A DNA stretch of 64,000 nt from positions 197,596,001-197,660,000 of the forward strand of contig NC_086097.1 of the NCBI RefSeq assembly GCF_963921235.1. Direction: 5' to 3'. This document shows positions 13,295-25,959 of the stretch, one piece after another. Made by a program: the position numbers and the translations under genes. Origin of the DNA: Mobula hypostoma (Eukaryota). The stretch's first letter is position 1; every line of letters starts with the position of its first letter. The notes beneath the pieces were generated by a model that had not been told where the DNA came from, did no database searches, and saw nothing but the letters and a program-made list of their open reading frames with translations.

Positions 13295-14560
13295 TATACC
13301 AAATATCCCATTCTTAGTTCTGTCTCTCTATTTCCCATCTTCCTGCCAAATTAGTTTAAATCATCTTCAACAGCTCGAGCAAATCTATCTGCAAGAATAT
13401 TAGTGCCCTTCGGTGCAGGGGTAACCCCTCCCTTTTGTACAGGTTGTACCTTCTCCAGAAGCTGGCTGGTAGTGCAGTGACATCTTCACCTGCCTTCGAG
13501 GTGAGTGGTCCTGGATTTGAATCCGGCCTGCACCTTGGACGCTTGCCATTTGTGATGTGTTGGGTCTTGAGCTAGCAACTTGACCTCATTAAAAAAAACC
13601 AGCAAAAGTGCTAAATAAATGGCAAGGTTGCCACCCAATGCACCACAAGGCATGGTAAGGAACAACAACCTTCCCCAGAAGAGATCCCGATGATCCCTAA
13701 ATCTTAACTGCAGTCCCTTGCACCAGTTTCTCAACCATATACCCATATGCCAAATCGTCCCATTCTTACCTTCACTGGCATGTGGCACATGCAGGTTATT
13801 ACTCTGGAGGCCCTGCTTTCTATCTAACTCCCTGAATTCTGTCTTCTGGACTTCCTCCCTTTTCCTACCTATTTTATCGGTGCTAATATGTCCCTAGGTT
13901 CCTGGCTGCTCACCCTCCCACTTTAGAATGGCATGGGTCTGAACTGAAATGTCCCTGTTCCTGACCGTGGGAGGCAACATACCATCTGGGTGCCTCTTTC
14001 ATGTCCACAAAATCTCCTCTAACTATGGAATTCCATATCACAGCTGCTGTCTGCTTTTTTCCCCTTCCCTTCTTAACCCCAGTCAGAGACCCAGTCACTT
14101 CTGCACCTCTCTGGTAGCTCACTTATTTTGCAATATCCAAAGCAGTATACTATTATTATTATTAAGGGGATCAACCACAGAGATTGGCCGCACTGGTGGC
14201 CCATTTCCTTTTGCTCTCCTGGCAGTTACCTGCTTCCTGTAACTTAGGGGTGACTACCTCCCAGTAACTCCTATCGATGACCTTCTCATTTTCCTGTGTG
14301 AGCCAAAGTCATCAAGCTGTGGCTTCAGTTCCTTCACATGTGCTCTGAAGAGATTCAGCTTGGTGCATCTGGTACAGATGTAGTTATATCGGAGGCAGGA
14401 GGTTTCCCAGAATTCCTGCATTTCATACTAAGAACACTACACAGCCCCTGGAGCCATTCTCACTGCACTAAATATGCACTAACAGATGAAGAATGAAAGA
14501 GAAAAGAAACTGATCTCACCCAAGCCTGTTGAGCCAAAGTCTCCCCACTCTAACACTAGC
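13295..14560 (-). mobile_element. CR1 5' region / ORF1 (SGNH esterase-like) remnant
   Basis: WLRNWCKGLQLRFRDHRDLFWGR, homologous to the ORF1 end at 17377-17565. Confidence 0.72.
13463..13668 (+). mobile_element. tRNA-derived SINE inside CR1 ORF1
   Basis: Head resembles the 6147 SINE (ggtagtgcagtg...ggatttgaatcc); short (aac)n tail. Confidence 0.6.
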
Positions 14561-15759
14561 CTGCTCCAATAATGGCTGCCTACCTTATTTTTATTTGTTC
14601 TTCTTAATGAATCGTAATATGATTGGGCTGCCGGAAAAAGCTGAAAACTCACTATCATTCACCCCATGTGTGCACAGAATGCATAAATCATTAACTTTAA
14701 TTCTAAGGTACTGTTACCAATTACCACTTTGGCTATATCGGAGTAGGACTACTTTCGCTCATCTCGTTTCACTCTTCATGCTCTTTTAGAATTTCAGTTA
14801 CTTGCACAAAATTCCACATTTCTTCTGGGTACGTAATTTGGTAACTACATCTATATGAATTTTCTGATTAGGATGTCTTTTAAGTTATCTAACTTCCATT
14901 CTTCCAGTACTTTCCACTACTGAACTCCCCCCCAGATTTCGCTACCGCACAAATGATGTATACAACATTACCAGTATCTTGATATGTAAAAATATCACCA
15001 GTTTCTATCTTTTGTTTTTGATGTGAAGACGTTAGTTCAGTATCTGAGTTGCAAAAGCCTTTCTACCTTATACTTTGTACAAGTTTTGCTCTTCTAAGTA
15101 GTTAACTCTTCTGTTTTTTCCCCAACATTCTTAGATTACTAAAAATAATAGTTACTATTTGAGAATAGTGCTAATAATAATATTTGAAAAATGTAACAAG
15201 GTTAAAAAATTATAATTTCAATAAAATGCCCCCAGTGATGCAAGCAATTACATAGAAATGATTTTTTAAAATCTTATTCTAACAATTTTTAAATTGCTTA
15301 CCAAAAGAAGTCAGAATATAGAATTTTTCACATCAAACAAACAAAAACCACAACTCGCAACAGAAGTAACTGATGTCAGGCAGTCAAAGTAACTGACAGG
15401 CACAATGGCAAAAATAAAATGGTTTGATTAGATGGGGTCAGCATTCAGTGTGCCAATGGTTTATTGAGAATGAGCTATGGATTTCCATTTATTGTTTATT
15501 GTTATAGTTTGTAACTGTGTTGCAACTTGAAGCTCTGACAATATAAATAGGTTGAAGCTCTAAAAGTTTCAAAGTAAAGGTTGTACATTTATTATTCAGA
15601 AATTTTATGGATTATATTCATTAACACATAAATTATGGCATATTTCACAATTATATTAACATAGATTTCAAAATTATACTAATATTATATGGTGCAATTT
15701 CAGCTATGTGGCAGCAAAGCCTATGTATCATCCTGCCTTTAAAATACTGATTCATCTTT

Positions 15760-16825
15760 GGGATGTATCAATCCTGCACCTTCCAAATTGCTCCCTGAAA
15801 CTCCAGCCATTGCTGTTCTGCTGCCATCCTTGCTTGTGTCCTCTTAAATCAACTTTTGCCAGCTCCTCTCTAACGCCTGTGTAATTTCATTTATTGCACT
15901 ATGATACTGATAGATCCAATTTTAGCTTCTCCTTCTTAAACCACAGGATGAATTCTATCATATTATATTCACTGCCTCCTAGGGGTTCCTTTACCCTAAC
16001 GTGCCTAATCAACTCTGGGCATTACGTTACAACTAATCTAGAATTGCTGTTCCTCTAGTGGGCTCAACCACAAGCTGCTCCAAAAAGCCATCTCGTAGGC
16101 ATTCTACAAATTCCCTCTCTTGGGATTGAGAACCCATCTGATTTTCCCAATCTTCCTACATATTAAAATCCGCATGACTATTGCAACATTGCCTTTTGAT
16201 ATGCCTTTTTCTATCTTCAATTGCTGGTTATTTGTAGCCCACATCCTGGTTACTGTTTGGAGGCTGTATATGACTCCCACTAGGGTCTTTTTACCCTTTT
16301 GTAACTCTACCAACAAGGATTCTAAATTTAACCAATCCTATGTCACCTCTTTCTAAAAATTTGATTTCACCTTTTACCAACGGAGTTACCCCACCTCCTC
16401 TGCCTACCTGCCTATCCTTTTGTGACAATGGGTACCCTTGGATGTTAAGCTCCCAACAATGATCTTCTTTCAGCCTCAACTCAGCAACACCCACAACATT
16501 ATACCTGCCAATCTAACAGTTAATCTAACAGTTACAGAATCATGTGCCATTCAAAAATTACACCAGTCCTGTATTCATAATCTTCTTTGATTTTGTCCCC
16601 ATGTTGTACTTCAACTGATCCCACTAACTGTAAATTTGCCCCATCATTTGCCTGCCTTCCTCACAGTCTCAATACACACTGCATCTTGTTGTTTTCCAGC
16701 TGCCCCATCCTCACTCTGTTTCCCATCCTGCTACCAAATTAGGTTGGAACTTTCCATCAGAGCTCTAGCTAGCCTGCCTGCAAAAATGTTGGTCCCCTCT
16801 GGTTCAGGTGTAACAGATACTTTTT
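15760..16825 (-). mobile_element. CR1 endonuclease region remnant
   Basis: WELNIQGY...KDRQVGRGGGV and KTLVGVIY motifs. Confidence 0.78.
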
Positions 16826-17319
16826 GTTTAGGCTACACCTTCTCTAGATTTCCAGCATCTGCAGAATCTCTTGTCGTTCTGTTTTAGACTCTTTCCTCCT
16901 TGGCTATCCAAGCTCTTTTAGAAGTTTTTCACTGTCAACAGTGGTGCTTTGGAAAAACAGCACTTATGAGAGTAATTTTCCCTATTATTCATGAGTGGTC
17001 TTTCATTTATGTTCTTGTCATTTGCTTTCCTTCTTTCCCATGCACTTCAGTTACTTTATGCCAGAAAAGGAAATTGGGGTATAATTTTTCTTTGGACCTT
17101 AGAGTCACACTCCGATTTTTTTTTTTAAACTCTGAAGCTTTTATAAAACAAGCTGACAACTTCTTTCCTTAGTTTTTTGTTTTGCATTTAAATTGTTTTG
17201 GTAGCCTTAATACACATGTTTCTTATAACCGGACTGGACATGTATTTTAATACATTATTTTCCAAAGGAAGTATTGCCACCCTTTCTTACTCAATCATTA
17301 CATAGTCACGTGCATTAAC

Positions 17320-20300
17320 AATGTGGTAGTCAGCTCGGGATTACTACCTGTGCCACGCGACAGTGGGTATAGGTGAGTGAGGTGGAGGATAAATGAATGG
17401 CTGAGAGATTGGAGCAGGGGGCAGGGATTCAGATTTCTGGATCTTTGGGACCTCTTTTGGGGCAGGATTGACCTGTACAAAAAGGACGGATTGCACTTGA
17501 ATCCCAGGGAGAGCAATATCCTGGCGGGGAGGTTTGCTAAGGCTATTGGGGAGAGTTTAAACTAGGATTGCTGGGGGGTGGGAACCAAAATGAAGAGACA
17601 GAGGAAGAGGCGCTTGGCTCACAAATTGAGCAAGTTTGGAGACAGTGCAAGAGTCAGGATAGGCAGGTGATCAAGAAGGGATGCGCTCAGTCCGATGGTT
17701 TGAGATGTATCTATTTTAATGCAAGGAGTATTATGAACAAAGCAGATGAGCATAGGGCATGGATCAGTACTTGGAGCTTTGATGTTGTGGCCATTACAGA
17801 GACTTGGATGGCTCAGGGGCAGGAATGGTTACTTTGAGTGCCATGCTTTAGATGTTTCAGAAAAGACAAGGAGGGAGGCAAAAGAGGTGGAGGTGTGGCA
17901 CTGTTGATCAGAGATAGTGTCACGGCCGTAGAAATGGAGGAAGACATGGAGGAATTGTCTACGGAGTCTCCGTGAGTGGAAGTTAGGAACAGTAAGGAGT
18001 CAATGACTCTACTGGGTGTTTTTTATAGACCACCCAATATTAACAGGGACATCGAGGAGCAGATAGGGAGACAGATTCTGCAAGGTGTAATAATAACAGG
18101 GTTGTCGTGGTGGGTGATTTTAATTTCCCAAATATTGATTGGCATCTCCCACCTAGTTTAGGTGGGGTGGAGTTTGTTAGGTGTGTTCTGGAAGGTTTCT
18201 TGACACAATGTGTAGATAAACCTACAAGGGGAGAGGCTGTACTTGATCTGGTATTGGGAAATGAACCTGGTCAGATGTCAGGTCTCTCAGTGGGAGAGCA
18301 TATTGGAGATGGTGATCACAACTCATTGGAGAGGGATAGGAACAGACAAGTTAGGAAAGCGTTTAATTGGAGTAAGGGGAAATATGAGGCTATCAGGAAG
18401 GAACTTGGAAGCATAAATTGGAAACAGATGTTCTCAGGGAAATGTGCGGAAAAAATGTGGCAAATGTTCAGGGGATATTTGCATGGAGTTCTCCATAGGT
18501 ACATTCCAATGAGACGGAAAGGATGGTAGGGTGCAGGAACTGTCATGTACGAAGGGTGTTGTAAACCTAGTCAAGAAGAGAAGAAGAGTTTATGAAAGTT
18601 TCAAAAAGCTAGGTAATGATAGAGAGCTGGAAGATTATAAGGCTAGCAGGAAGGAGCTCAAGAAAGAAATTAGGAGAGCCGGAAGGGGCCATGAGAAGAC
18701 CTTGGCGGACAAGATTAAGGAAAACCCCAATGCATTCTACATGTATGTTAAGGACAAGAGGATAAAATGTGAGAGAATAGGACCAATCATGTGTGACAGT
18801 GGAAAAGTGTCTATGGAACCGGAGGAGATAGCAGTGGTACTTAATGAGTACTTTGCTTCAATATTCAGTACGGATGAGGATCTTGGCGATTGTAGGGATG
18901 ACTTACAGCAGACTAAAAAGCTTGAGCATGGAGATATTAAGAAAGAGGATGTACAGGACCTTTTGGAAAGCATCAAGTTGAATAAGTCACCGGGACCGGA
19001 CGAGATGCACGCCAGGCTACTGTGAGAGGTGAGGGAGGAAATTGCTGAGCCTCTAGTGATGATTTTTGCATCATCAATGAGGATGGGAGAAGTTCCGGAG
19101 GGTTGGAGGGTTGCGGATGTTGTTCCATTATTCAAGAAAGGGAGTAGAGATAGCCCAGGAAATTATAGACCAGTGAGTCTTACTTCAGTGGTTGGTAAGT
19201 TGATGGAGAAGATCCTGAGAGGCAGGATTTATGAATATTTGGAGAGGCATAATATGATTAGAAATAGTCAGCATGGCTTTGTCAAGGGCGGGTCATGCCT
19301 TACGAGCCTGGCTGAATTTTTTCAAAATGTGACTAAACACATTGATGATGGTGGAGTAGTAGATGTAGTGCATATGGATTTCAACAAGGCATTTGACAAG
19401 CTACCCTGTGCAAGGCTTATTGAGAAAGTAAGGAGACATGGGATCCAAGGGGCCATTGCTTTGTGAATCCAGACTGGCTTGCCCACAAAAGGCAAAGAGT
19501 GTTTGTGGACGGGTCATATTCTGCATGGAGGTTGGTGACCAGTGGTGTACCTCAGGGATCTGTTCTGGGACCCCTACTCTTCGTGACTTTTATAAATGAC
19601 CTGGATGAAGAAGTGGAGGGATGGGTTAGTAATTTTGCTGATGGCACAAAGGTTGGAGGTGTTGTGGATAGTGTGGAGGGGTGTCAGAGGTTACAGCAGG
19701 ACACTGATAGGATGCAAAACTGGGCTGAGAAGTGGTAGATGGAGTTCAACCCAGATAAGTGTGAGGTGGTTCATTTTGGTAGGTCAAATATGATGACAGA
19801 ATATAGTATTTATGGTAAGACTCCTGGTAGTGTGGAGGATCAGGGGGATCTTGGGGTCTGAGTCTACAAGACACTCAAGGTTGCTGTGCTGGTTGACTCT
19901 ATGGTTAAGAAAGCATACAATGCATTGGCCTTCGTCAATCGTGGGATTGAGTTTAGGAGCTGAGAGGTAATGTTGCAACTATATAGGACCCTGGTCAGAC
20001 CCCACTTGGAGTACTGTGCTCAATTCTGGTCGCCTCACTATAGGAAGGATGTGTAAACCATAGAAAGGGTGCCAAAGAAGATTTACAAAGATGTTGCCGG
20101 GATGGGGAGCATGCCTTATGAGAAAAGGTTGAATGAACTCGACCTTTTTTTCCTTGGAGTGACAGAGGATGAGAGGTGACCTGATAGATGTGTACAAGAT
20201 GATGAGAGGCATTGATCGTGTGGATAGTCAGAGGCTTTTTCTCAGGGCTGAATTGGCTGCCACGAGAGGGCACAGGTTTAAGGTGCTTGGGAGTAGATAC

Positions 20301-20540
20301 AAAGGAGATGTCAGGGGTAAGTTTTTCACGCAAAGAGTGGTGAGTACGTGGAATGGGCTACCAGCAACAGTGGTGGAGGCAGATACGATAGGGTCTTTTA
20401 AGAGACTCCTGGATAGGTATATGGAGCTTAGAAATATAGAGGGCTATGGGTAACCCTAGTAATTTCTGAGGTAGGGCATTTTCGGCACAACTTTGTGGGC
20501 CAAAGGGCCTGTATTGCGCTGTAGGTTTTCTATGTTTCTA
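17320..20540 (+). mobile_element. Near full-length CR1/HER1 LINE (ORF1 end, EN-RT ORF2, 3' tail) with stops and frameshifts
   Basis: ORF1 DGLHLN; EN IYFNARSI, AITETW, VGDFNFP; RT NYRPVSLTS, DFNKAFD, GVPQGSVLGP, FADGTK; tail tttctatgtttcta. Confidence 0.95.
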
Positions 20541-21171
20541 TAATTGGCTGAATGCTAGGAAGCAGAGTGTATTTTTGGAAGGTTTCTTGGACTGGAGGCC
20601 TGTGACTAGTGACGTGCTATAAGGATTAGTGCTGGGATGTTTGTTATTTGACATTTATATAAATGATTTGGATGAGACTACACAGGCATGGTTGATAATG
20701 TGGATGATAATACCACGGTGAAGAAAACTATCAAAAACTACATCGGGACCTTGACCAGTTAGGTCAGTAGACTGAAGCTTGTCAAATGGCATTCAATCCA
20801 GATAAGTGCAGTGTTTCATTTTGAAAAGTTGAACCTTCATTGGAGCGTGAATAGTAATATTTTGGAGATTGCTGGGGTCAAAGCGACCCAGGAGTACAGG
20901 TTCATAGTTCAATGAAAATGGCGTCATAAATATGATGGTAAGCAAGACTTTTTTGGCATGATGACCTTCATCATTGGGGCATTGAGGACATGAGCTGGAG
21001 ATAGTTGTAGCTGTACAAGATGTTGGTGAGGCCAAACATGCAGTTTGTGTACCAAGCATGCAGTATTGTGTACGATTTTAACCTTGTTATTGGAAGAATG
21101 CCATTAAGCTAGAAAGAGTGCGAAGAAGATTTATGAGAATGTTGCCTAGAATTGAGGGCTGAATTATAGGG

Positions 21172-21988
21172 CAGGAGCCCCCAACCCTTTTTGCACCACG
21201 GCCCGGTTTACTATTGAAAATATTCTTGCGGACTGGACGACTGGGGGGGTGGGGGGGCGGGAGTGGGGGGTGGTGTTCAAGTAGGGTTAAACTCACCTCA
21301 ACATGTCTTTACAGTTAGGGTTGCCAACTTTCTCACTCCCAAATAAGGGACAAAAGTAGCAGTCAAATACGGGACACTTGGGTTTACCCCGAGAAAGACA
21401 AGCATGACCATGAAGCCTTGTGTGGGCACCTGTGTGCGCATGAGTGACGTGCGCACATGTGACGTGCGCATGAGCGTACGTGCTGATTTTTTTTCCACAA
21501 ATCGGTTTCGGCTTAATCTTCCCAACTACACTGTACATACGTTATTTCTACTTTATATAGGCTGTGTATTTATCATATCATTCCTGCTTTTACTATATGT
21601 TAGTGTTTTTTAGGTTTTATGTGGTATTTGGTATGATTTAGTAGGTTATGTTTTGGGTCTGGGAATGCTCAAGAATTTTTCGCATATAAATTAATGGTAA
21701 TTGCTTCTTTGCTTTACGCCATTTTGGCAAGAAAGGTTTCATAGGAATGCTCTACCTTAGCGGGGGAAATACGGGACCAGGGCGGTCCCATATGGGACAA
21801 ACCAATTTAGCCCAATATACAGGATGTCTTGGCAAATACGGGACAGTTGGCAACCCTATGTTCAAGTTCAACAGTGCGTGACAGGGAATAAGGAAGGGTG
21901 CAGCTGACTCATATCGTTTCCTGGTAGCCCAGTAGTACACGCTTTGTGGCCCGGTATCGGTCCGTGGGCCGATGGTTGGGGACTGCTG
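21172..21988. mobile_element. Non-autonomous hAT (Charlie-like) element with nested cargo
   Basis: TIRs CAGGAGCCCCCAACC and CAGCAGTCCCCAACC (reverse complement of the right end). Perfect 8-bp TSD TTATAGGG at 21164-21171 and 21989-21996. Confidence 0.88.
21316..21858. mobile_element. Inner TIR element (TAGGG-ended, hAT-like) carrying a Tigger 3' fragment
   Basis: Perfect 14-bp TIR TAGGGTTGCCAACT / AGTTGGCAACCCTA and repeated subterminal ATACGGGAC. 21517-21768 matches parts of 3874-4305. Confidence 0.8.
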
Positions 21989-22199
21989 TTATAGGGAGTG
22001 GACAGACACGCTAGGATTTTATTCCTTGGCGTTTAAGTCAGTGAAGGGTGACCCATTAGAGATGTATCAAATCATGGAGGTTATAGATAAGGTGACCTAT
22101 GACCTACAGACTCACTTTAAAGAACTCTTTACAACTTGTGTTCACAGTATATTTTTTGCACAGTTTGTCTTCTTTGGCACGTTAGTTTGTCGGTCTTAG

Positions 22200-23670
22200 T
22201 CTGTTTATCAAATTCAAGTTCAAATTTATTGCCCTGCAACCATATACTTGTGTACTGTCAAATGAAACAATGCTCTTCTTGATGAAGGTGCATGACACAG
22301 TAACTCACACACAACATATAAAGCAATATTACCACAAATAAATTAACAAATAATTAAATATATTCCAGAAGATTTGATATTTAGCGTAAAGTGCATTTAT
22401 GACAGAAGTCAAAAAATAAACAGTTTAACGTTATTAGCGCTTCATAAGTGATGAGACCTAGTTCAGTAGTCTCATGGCTTCGGGGAAGAAGCTGTTTCCC
22501 AATCTGATTCTCCTTGTCCTAAAACTATGGTACCTCCTGCCTCATAGTGGGGGGGGGGGTCAAAAAAATTATGGGATGGTTGAAAAAGATCCTTGAAAAT
22601 GCTAAAGGCCCTGTGTACGCAGTGCTCCTGATAAATATCTTGAATGAGTGGAAGCCATTAGGCTCTAGAAGCAGAGGGATATCCTCACTCAACTTCATTC
22701 ACCCTGTCACTAAATTGTTCCTACAATCTGTGGGCTCTTCATGTTATATTCTCCATATTTATCACTTATTTATTTATTTGTTTGTTTATTTATTATTATC
22801 ATTTTTTCCTCTTTCTTTTTGTATTTGCACAGCTTGTTATCTTTTGTACACTGGATGTTTTTCTGTTATGTTAGATAGGTCTTTAATTCTTTTGTGTTTC
22901 TTGCATCTACTGAGAATGCCCTCAAGAAAATGGATTTCAGGGTTGTATGTGACGATTGTACTTTGGTAATAAATTTACTTTGAACTTTGAAGAGAGACCC
23001 TGATGATCCACTCAGTCGTCCTTACAATCCTATGTAGAGTCTTTTGGTCAGATGCCTTGCAATTCCCATATATTAGGATGTTATCAATGGTGCTCCTGTA
23101 AAATATTGTTTTTATTATGGGTGGAAGTGGAGCTTTGCTTACTTCAATCTCCTCAGGAAATTGAGACACTGCTGTACTACTTTGACTGAAGTGGTAGTGT
23201 TGAGGGACCAGATGAGATCGTCCATTATGTGCATTCCCAAAAACTTAGTGTTCCTAACTCTCTGCACAGAGGAGCCATTTATGTGCTTTGAGGAATGGTC
23301 AACCTTCAACTTCCTAAAATCCACAATAATCTCTTTAGTCTTGTCCATGTTGAAACTCAAGTTGTTGTGCCAGCAGCAGTCTACAAGCTGCTCTACCTCT
23401 GTGCACTGTCTTGTTGTCCTTGTTAATGCCTCAGTTGTGTCATCAATGAACTTGATGATTCAGTTTAAACTCGATCTAGCAGTACAGTCATGCGTCATCA
23501 GAGTGAGCAGCTGAGGGCTCAGCCCTGGGGGGGAGCATCAGCGTTCAGCATGATAGAGCTAGAGTTGTTGCTGCCAACATAGATTGGCTGTGGTCTTTTG
23601 TGTCATAAAATCCTTTAAATGCCTGCAAGAAATGAATTTCAAGGTCGCATAGATGTACTTTGATAATAAA
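22200..23670. mobile_element. Rex1-type LINE fragments and 3' tails in both orientations
   Basis: ORF 23139-23360 (-) KTKEIIVDFRK...KFLGMHIMDDLIWS; tails aataaatttactttgaactttga. Confidence 0.75.
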
Positions 23671-24016
23671 TTTACTTTGAAACTTAAATGCACACAAGCC
23701 TTTTTCCCAAGGAAGGAGAAGCAAAAACTTGGGGGCATAAGTGTAAGAGAGGATGATTTAAAAGGGAAGTCAGAGGGCGGGCGTATATGGAATAAAAGTA
23801 GCAGAGGCAGGTTCAAGTGAAAAACACTTAGATAAGAAAATGGATAGGAAAGGCCTAGAGCGATATGGGCCAAATTTGTGCATTTGTGTCTATCTTAGGT
23901 GGGTACTTGGGCAAGTTGGGTCAAAGGGCCTGCTTCTGTGCTGCATTACTTGATGTCCCTAAATTTACAAACAGTTAATATTCCACTTTAGAAACTGCAA
24001 GATTACAAAGCCTGAT

Positions 24017-24025
24017 TTCCTTAAC
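24017..24025 (+). promoter_or_regulatory. U12 branch-point sequence
   Basis: TTCCTTAAC consensus ending 9 nt before the exon start. Confidence 0.9.
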
Positions 24026-24034
24026 TTTTCCTAC

Positions 24035-24125
24035 TCTTCTCTTAAGCGTGAAGGAGAAGCAAGTGTGGAAGGTGTTCTTAATCAACTAGTTCAGGAACAT
24101 TTACAGTTAGCTCCTCTGCAGTGGG
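24035..24125 (+). CDS. trappc9: TRAPPC9 internal coding exon (91 nt, [30 protein letters not shown])
   Basis: Resembles recalled human [30 protein letters not shown]. Followed by the donor G|GTGAGT at 24126 (phase 1). Absent from the ORF track. Confidence 0.93.
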
Positions 24126-25959
24126 GTGAGTACCAAATATGTTGGATATTATGCTCAGACTTAAGTACAGTCAAAGATCATTCTACCATTTAATAGTTTT
24201 ATTGGTTTAGTATTCTAATTTGTGTTAGAGATTTTTCCCAGCAAATTTAATCACATTTATTATTAGTGATTTTGGGTAGGGAAATACAAGCCAAAAGATC
24301 ATCACGCTGCCAATTTTTGCTTAGCATGTTGCATCTGAGTCAAAATATTTGTTTTTAATTGTTTTCCAAACTTGCAAAGAGAAAAATGAATGCAATCTAA
24401 ATGGTGAAAATGATTAAAAATATAATTTTTAGATCTTGTTCACAACTCAAACAGTTGAATTTGAGTTAAATACCTATATGTTGCCTAGCCTAATGTAATA
24501 AATGTACTCTGATTATATGACAACTAAGTTTAATATTGCAAATTGTCAACTTGCCATACTCAGAATGCAATAGTAATTGTTATTGTACATTGCTTTTAAT
24601 TATCTTGAGAATTCGTATTGAAAGTGTCAAATTTCTTGTAGTCATATTTTGACTGTTTATTGATAAATATTTTTGTACTATGCCTGTAGGTGAGTTCATT
24701 ATTAGTGTGTTAGGGCTTTTATGCACAAATTGGTGAAAGTATAAGTAGTGATTTGCTTAAAACAAACTTTAAAGTGTCTTCATGTTGATGGTACCTGTCA
24801 AAGAATTTATATAACTTTCCAAATTGGAATTTGATGCATTTTTGTTGTACAAAGTTTGTACAATAAAGAAAAGAGGAATGGAATTTAATTTGTTCGAGAA
24901 TAATGAGGCAAGTGGTTTTTGGGAGAATTAAGAATGAGAACTATCCACATAATCTATTCATTAACTGCATTAAATTTAATGACAATGATATGTTGGCAGC
25001 GTTTGTACAGTTGCTGATGTCTTAACTGTTGAAAACCTTTTGCTGAATATGCAAATAGTACATTAAAGATCAATTACATGGTGGAAAACTTGTTATGTCT
25101 GGACAGGTAGAAAAATATTATCTGGTGTAATTTTAAATATATACCAATGTGATTTATATTATTACATCTTACAAATTGTGTTTCAGTGAAAAATGTCATT
25201 GCTTGTAAAGAGTTTGTAAGTTGGTTTGTGGAATTAAAGAATAGAGGACTAGTCTGCACATTCTAACCATGACAGTGCAGTACTGTATAGCTGTTGTAGA
25301 AGGAATTTGTAGTTACTGAAGTCTTTGTGTTGTGTCATTTCAGCCTGTAAATGAGTTGGTAAACAATTTTAAGAAATGAAGTTTGTTTCTCATTGTAAGA
25401 GTTTAAATGTAACATGGTTAATTTTACAGATAAAATATATTTTACTGGAAGAGGCTATTATATATTTGCACACTGTTGTTACCAAACTACAATGGATCTC
25501 TCTGTATTTCACTGCTTCCTACTTGTTAGGGATAAAGAGCATTCAAATGCTTCCAGATGGCTTCCTCCAAATTCATAGCTTATTGTGGAAATATGAACAT
25601 TAAGAGAGCGCTTTCTTTGTTTTCAACATTACTGCAGTATATCTTTTTATGCACATATTGCAAGCTATGAAGAGCAAGTAGTCATTCTGTTTATTAATAT
25701 TACACAGTGAGGTTGAGGTTTTTGATGTGACTATAGTGAATGTAAAAGGTTGCTCAGAAGTTAATCAGACACTATATTAACCCAGGTGTGTAGATGAGGG
25801 CCGGGCCTGTTTAGTGCTACACGGTTTTGTAGGTAGATGTTACATCATAAGGAGGAGGCCACGTGGAATATTCATTTGATATTCCTGGTTAAAGACAGCA
25901 GCAAATGCTTCAGGCTTGTCTTTTATTTTCGCGTTGGATTCTGTCTTTGGTGAAGCTGT

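Larger units (their letters stand above)
20541..22092 (+). mobile_element. Older CR1 RT fragment interrupted by a composite hAT element
   Basis: Degenerate CR1 RT sequence on both sides of the TTATAGGG duplication. Confidence 0.7.
1265..24034 (+). other. trappc9: U12-type AT-AC intron of trappc9 (22,770 nt)
   Basis: 5' site ATATCCTTT at 1265-1273, branch site TTCCTTAAC at 24017-24025, terminal AC at 24033-24034. Splicing gives in-frame [16 protein letters not shown] (recalled human WRIPSLKRSGEASVEG). Confidence 0.92.
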
